Positions 58,066 through 60,876 of a stretch of 60,876 nucleotides of DNA are shown here, piece by piece; position 1 is the stretch's first letter, and each line of letters opens with the position of its first letter. The stretch spans positions 1 to 60,876 of the forward strand of contig JAONAZ010000005.1 in the NCBI GenBank assembly GCA_028376655.1, in the 5' to 3' direction. This stretch comes from Acidimicrobiia bacterium (lineage in GTDB: Bacteria; Actinomycetota; Acidimicrobiia; Actinomarinales; Actinomarinaceae). The notes under the pieces are model-generated. The model was not told where the DNA came from. It was given only the letters and a program-made list of their open reading frames with translations, and ran no database searches. The position numbers were made by a program, and so were the translations under genes.

Positions 58066-59100
58066 ATGAATATGAAAAAAGATGAATCTAGACAAGAGTT
58101 ATTAAATAGAGCATTTATATATATTTTGTTCATTGGCATATCGGTCATAATTTTTTTAAGAGTTAAACCATTACTTTTTGATTTATTTGTAGCAATTGTT
58201 TTAGCTGCACTAGCAGAACCTGTCGTTTACAGACTTTCTAAAAAATTTGGTAGAAATATTTCAGCATTAATTTCTGTTGCAATTTTACTACTTCTTATTT
58301 TTGGAATTATATTTTCTCTCATACCAATAATGGTTCAAGAAATATATTTCCCCTCAACTCAGCTTCCTACATATTTAGACAATATCCTCGAATACTTTAA
58401 TAGTGAGGGTTTTACAATATCTAGTGAGTCCCTTGATCTTGAAACTCAATTTAGTTCATTTATAAAGTCTTACGGCGAAACTGTAGGAGAAACAGTAGTT
58501 TTTGCTGGTCAAGGTGTTTTAAGTGCATTGGGTCACTTTGTTATAATATTTTTCTTTTCATTCTATTTGATTAGCGAGGGTGAACATTGGAGAGAAAATT
58601 TAAAACAAAATATCTCTTCAAAGTATTCAAATCTTATTGATCAAGTTTGGACAATAGGTGTTTCTAAAGCTGGTGGATTTATTGTTGCAAGAGTAATCCT
58701 TGGGATATTGGCCAGTGTAGTTTTTACAATATCTTTTCTAATAATTGGGCTTCCTTCAGCAGTAGCCCTTGGAATTGCAGCCGGTGTATTGTCACAGTTG
58801 GTACCTGTAATTGGCACTTTTATTGGAGGTATCGTTCCTGTACTAGCTTCTATTTCTCTTGGTGCTAATTCAGTTTTATATACTTTGTTAGTTCTATCTA
58901 TATATCAATTAATTGAAAACTACTTTATAAGTCCTAAAATTACTCAATCAACAATGGAGATTCACCCTGCTGTAGCTGTATTTTCAACTATTTTTGGCGC
59001 TTATACGGTAGGTGCCGTAGGAGCAATTTTAGCATTACCTGTTGCAGCTACAATTCAGGGAGTTGCCGGCACTATTATTGAAAATCAAAAAAATAAGTAG
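58066..59100 (+). CDS. AI-2E family transporter
   Basis: LVPVIGTFIG, YQLIENYFISPKI, IHPA, GAILALPVAA; alternative ATG at 58072. Confidence 0.9.
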   Translation: MNMKKDESRQELLNRAFIYILFIGISVIIFLRVKPLLFDLFVAIVLAALAEPVVYRLSKKFGRNISALISVAILLLLIFGIIFSLIPIMVQEIYFPSTQLPTYLDNILEYFNSEGFTISSESLDLETQFSSFIKSYGETVGETVVFAGQGVLSALGHFVIIFFFSFYLISEGEHWRENLKQNISSKYSNLIDQVWTIGVSKAGGFIVARVILGILASVVFTISFLIIGLPSAVALGIAAGVLSQLVPVIGTFIGGIVPVLASISLGANSVLYTLLVLSIYQLIENYFISPKITQSTMEIHPAVAVFSTIFGAYTVGAVGAILALPVAATIQGVAGTIIENQKNK

Positions 59101-59101
59101 C

Positions 59102-59386
59102 ATGTTTAACATACCTATTAATGCTTTGAAATCAGTTGACCAATTACTTCAACACTTCAGGGAAGAAACAGTAGATGAAGTTGAAAATTCTTTTAAGTCA
59201 TTAAAAAGAAATTTTAAAGCAGGAAACTATTTAGCTATTGCAACCTTATTTATAATTATTGGGATCACTTCTATTTTAACTCAAATGTTCACTGGAAATT
59301 TTTTCCTACAAGCTATGACTTATTTCTCTATGGCTTTATTGTGCTTAGTTTCATTCGGAATTATTATCTGGAGGATATTGAAATGA
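59102..59386 (+). CDS. Small 2-TM protein, possibly actinobacterial holin-X (DUF1469)-like
   Basis: Helical N-terminus (FREETVD..K.L.R) plus two TM; follows the AI-2E gene. Confidence 0.5.
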   Translation: MFNIPINALKSVDQLLQHFREETVDEVENSFKSLKRNFKAGNYLAIATLFIIIGITSILTQMFTGNFFLQAMTYFSMALLCLVSFGIIIWRILK

Positions 59387-59538
59387 CAGATTACAGAGAA
59401 TCATATAGGAAATTAAAAAATGATATAGATAAGGATAACTCTAAATTAATTACTTTCCTTTTCTTTGGTATTTTAATAGGAAGAGTTTTTGAAAAATATC
59501 GAAAATTAAAAAAGACAATATTTAAGAGGTCTTCTTGA
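59383..59538 (+). CDS. Small hypothetical membrane protein (51 aa)
   Basis: ATGA overlap with the upstream stop, GGAGG upstream, one TM followed by a basic tail. Confidence 0.6.
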   Translation: MTDYRESYRKLKNDIDKDNSKLITFLFFGILIGRVFEKYRKLKKTIFKRSS

Positions 59539-59624
59539 ATAAATCTTTACAAAAGTTTGTTGCTGTAGTTCTTGCTGCAGGAGTTGTATTTTCTACAATA
59601 GCTTATTTTTTACTTCTAATTTAA
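59535..59624 (+). CDS. 29-aa single-TM microprotein (not in the ORF track)
   Basis: TTG start overlapping the upstream TGA, GAGGT at 59526, MNKSLQKFVAVVLAAGVVFSTIAYFLLLI, stop 3 nt before trmI. Confidence 0.6.
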   Translation: MNKSLQKFVAVVLAAGVVFSTIAYFLLLI

Positions 59625-59627
59625 ATT

Positions 59628-60401
59628 GTGGATTTTGAAAATAGACTAATAGTTATTTCTACTGGAAATAAAAAATATCTAAGTGTAGTAACCCAAGGTC
59701 AAAACTTTATAACCAATGAAGGTAAAATCGAATTTGACCAGATTAAATCAATACCTTCGCGTATTGAATCTTCTACAGGCGTAATTTTCTCAATATACGC
59801 ACCATCTTATAAAGAATTTATACTACTTATGAAACGTGGACCTCAAATTATATATCCTAAAGATGTTGGCTCAATAATAGTTTCTGCAAATATTAATTCA
59901 AAAAGCAAAGTGTTGGAGATCGGAACTGGTTCTGGTGCTCTAACTCTTTTTTTATCATCAATATTAGGACATGATGCTAAATTTTATTCACTTGATGTTA
60001 ATAAAAAAAATCAGTATCGTGCAAAAAAAACTATATCACGATATTTATCAAATTATTCAACTGATTTTATAAAAGATATAAATTTTATAAATCAAGATCT
60101 TTCTGGTTTTCAAATAGATACTATACCAATTAATTTTGATTCTATTATCACAGATGTACCTGAACCTTGGTTATTTTTTGATAGTAATCAGATTAATAAT
60201 GACTTACATTGGGTATCATATCTACCATCCATATCACAGGTATCTAGAATTACAGATACTCTTGAAGAAAATCAATTTCAGGATATCGAGATAAAAGAAG
60301 TGATCGAAAGAGAATGGACAGTTAGAGGAAAAATATCCAGACCAAAACATTCAATGGTTGGTCATACTGGATTTATTGTAAGCGCTAGAAATATTTTATG
60401 A
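59628..60401 (+). CDS. trmI: tRNA (adenine-58-N1)-methyltransferase TrmI
   Basis: MKRGPQIIYPKD, LEIGTGSGALT, DVPEPW, YLP, RP.H.MVGHTGF. Confidence 0.92.
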   Translation: MDFENRLIVISTGNKKYLSVVTQGQNFITNEGKIEFDQIKSIPSRIESSTGVIFSIYAPSYKEFILLMKRGPQIIYPKDVGSIIVSANINSKSKVLEIGTGSGALTLFLSSILGHDAKFYSLDVNKKNQYRAKKTISRYLSNYSTDFIKDINFINQDLSGFQIDTIPINFDSIITDVPEPWLFFDSNQINNDLHWVSYLPSISQVSRITDTLEENQFQDIEIKEVIEREWTVRGKISRPKHSMVGHTGFIVSARNIL

Positions 60402-60402
60402 C

Positions 60403-60648
60403 TTATGGTTCAATCATGATGCATTCGCCAGGACACTCTTCTGCTGACTCTACAACTGCATCTTCTTGACCTTTAGGTACTACAGCTAGGCCCTCTGCTC
60501 CACCAACGTTACCATTTTCTTCAGAAAAAACTTTATCCCCTTCTTTAACGTAAAAAAGGCCATCATCTAATCCAACAAAAACATCTGGAGCTATTTCTTC
60601 ACATAGCCCATCTCCCGTACATAAGTCTTGATCAATCCATACTTTCAT
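60403..60648 (-). CDS. Monocluster ferredoxin
   Basis: VWIDQDLCTGDGLC...APDVF...EECPGECI. Confidence 0.92.
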   Translation of the reverse strand: MKVWIDQDLCTGDGLCEEIAPDVFVGLDDGLFYVKEGDKVFSEENGNVGGAEGLAVVPKGQEDAVVESAEECPGECIMIEP

Positions 60649-60744
60649 AGTTCATATTTTACCTTGTTAGAGATATACACAAATCTTCGAATATAAAAAT
60701 TATATTGAAAGTTTTGTAGGATACTTATAAAGCTAAAACTAATT

Positions 60745-60876
60745 ATGAAAAATGTATTTAAAAGATGTATAAAATTGGTGTCTCTCTTTGATAGTTCAAA
60801 CACAGTTAATTTAGATAGTAATTACATAAAAGATAATATTTCTGATTATCGAAATCTTTCAGATTCCGCCTTTAAA
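60745..60876 (+). CDS. N-terminal fragment of a probable PafB-like WYL-domain regulator (3'-truncated)
   Basis: Open to the window end: MKNVFKRCIKLVSLF...YIKDNISDYRNLSDSAFK, resembling the PafB wHTH just before its F.R.FERDK motif; actinobacterial trmI-fdx...pafB neighbourhood. Confidence 0.5.
   Translation, partial: MKNVFKRCIKLVSLFDSSNTVNLDSNYIKDNISDYRNLSDSAFK

Noticed and set aside
59102-59386. Holin-like ORF as evidence of a prophage
   Set aside because: No endolysin or structural phage genes; such proteins occur in actinobacterial core genomes
60686-60709. Inverted repeat AATATAA-aaa-TTATATT between the ferredoxin and pafB-like genes
   Set aside because: Almost purely A/T, so plausible by chance; no second copy identified

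Overview
A very AT-rich (roughly 30% GC by eye), tightly packed bacterial core-genome segment; most genes overlap or abut. Gene content and order point to a streamlined actinobacterium (DUF3040-mraZ dcw cluster with sepF/yggT and no ftsA; type-2 ileS; dksA-lspA-rluA-dnaE; polA-rpsA-coaE-uvrBAC-rapZ-pgk-tpiA-secG; trmI-ferredoxin-pafB-like). It most plausibly belongs to the marine Acidimicrobiia of the Ca. Actinomarina type, which is an inference. There are about 75 CDSs and two tRNA-Leu genes. I saw no CRISPR array, prophage, integrase or transposase, and no clear novel multi-gene accessory system. The most interesting signals are: (1) a tRNA-Leu with the rare A34 anticodon AAG; (2) three cis-elements in the division cluster, namely 10-bp-periodic RTGTCA repeats over the mraZ promoter, a ~90-nt hairpin that buries the rsmH start codon, and a 27-bp dyad before ftsZ; (3) clean absence of murF, divIVA, yvcK-whiA-gap and the Pup-proteasome genes from their usual positions; (4) a recurring leaderless promoter geometry, two probable ATA starts and an uncalled 29-aa membrane microprotein. 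All family calls come from motif recognition by eye, not from database searches.
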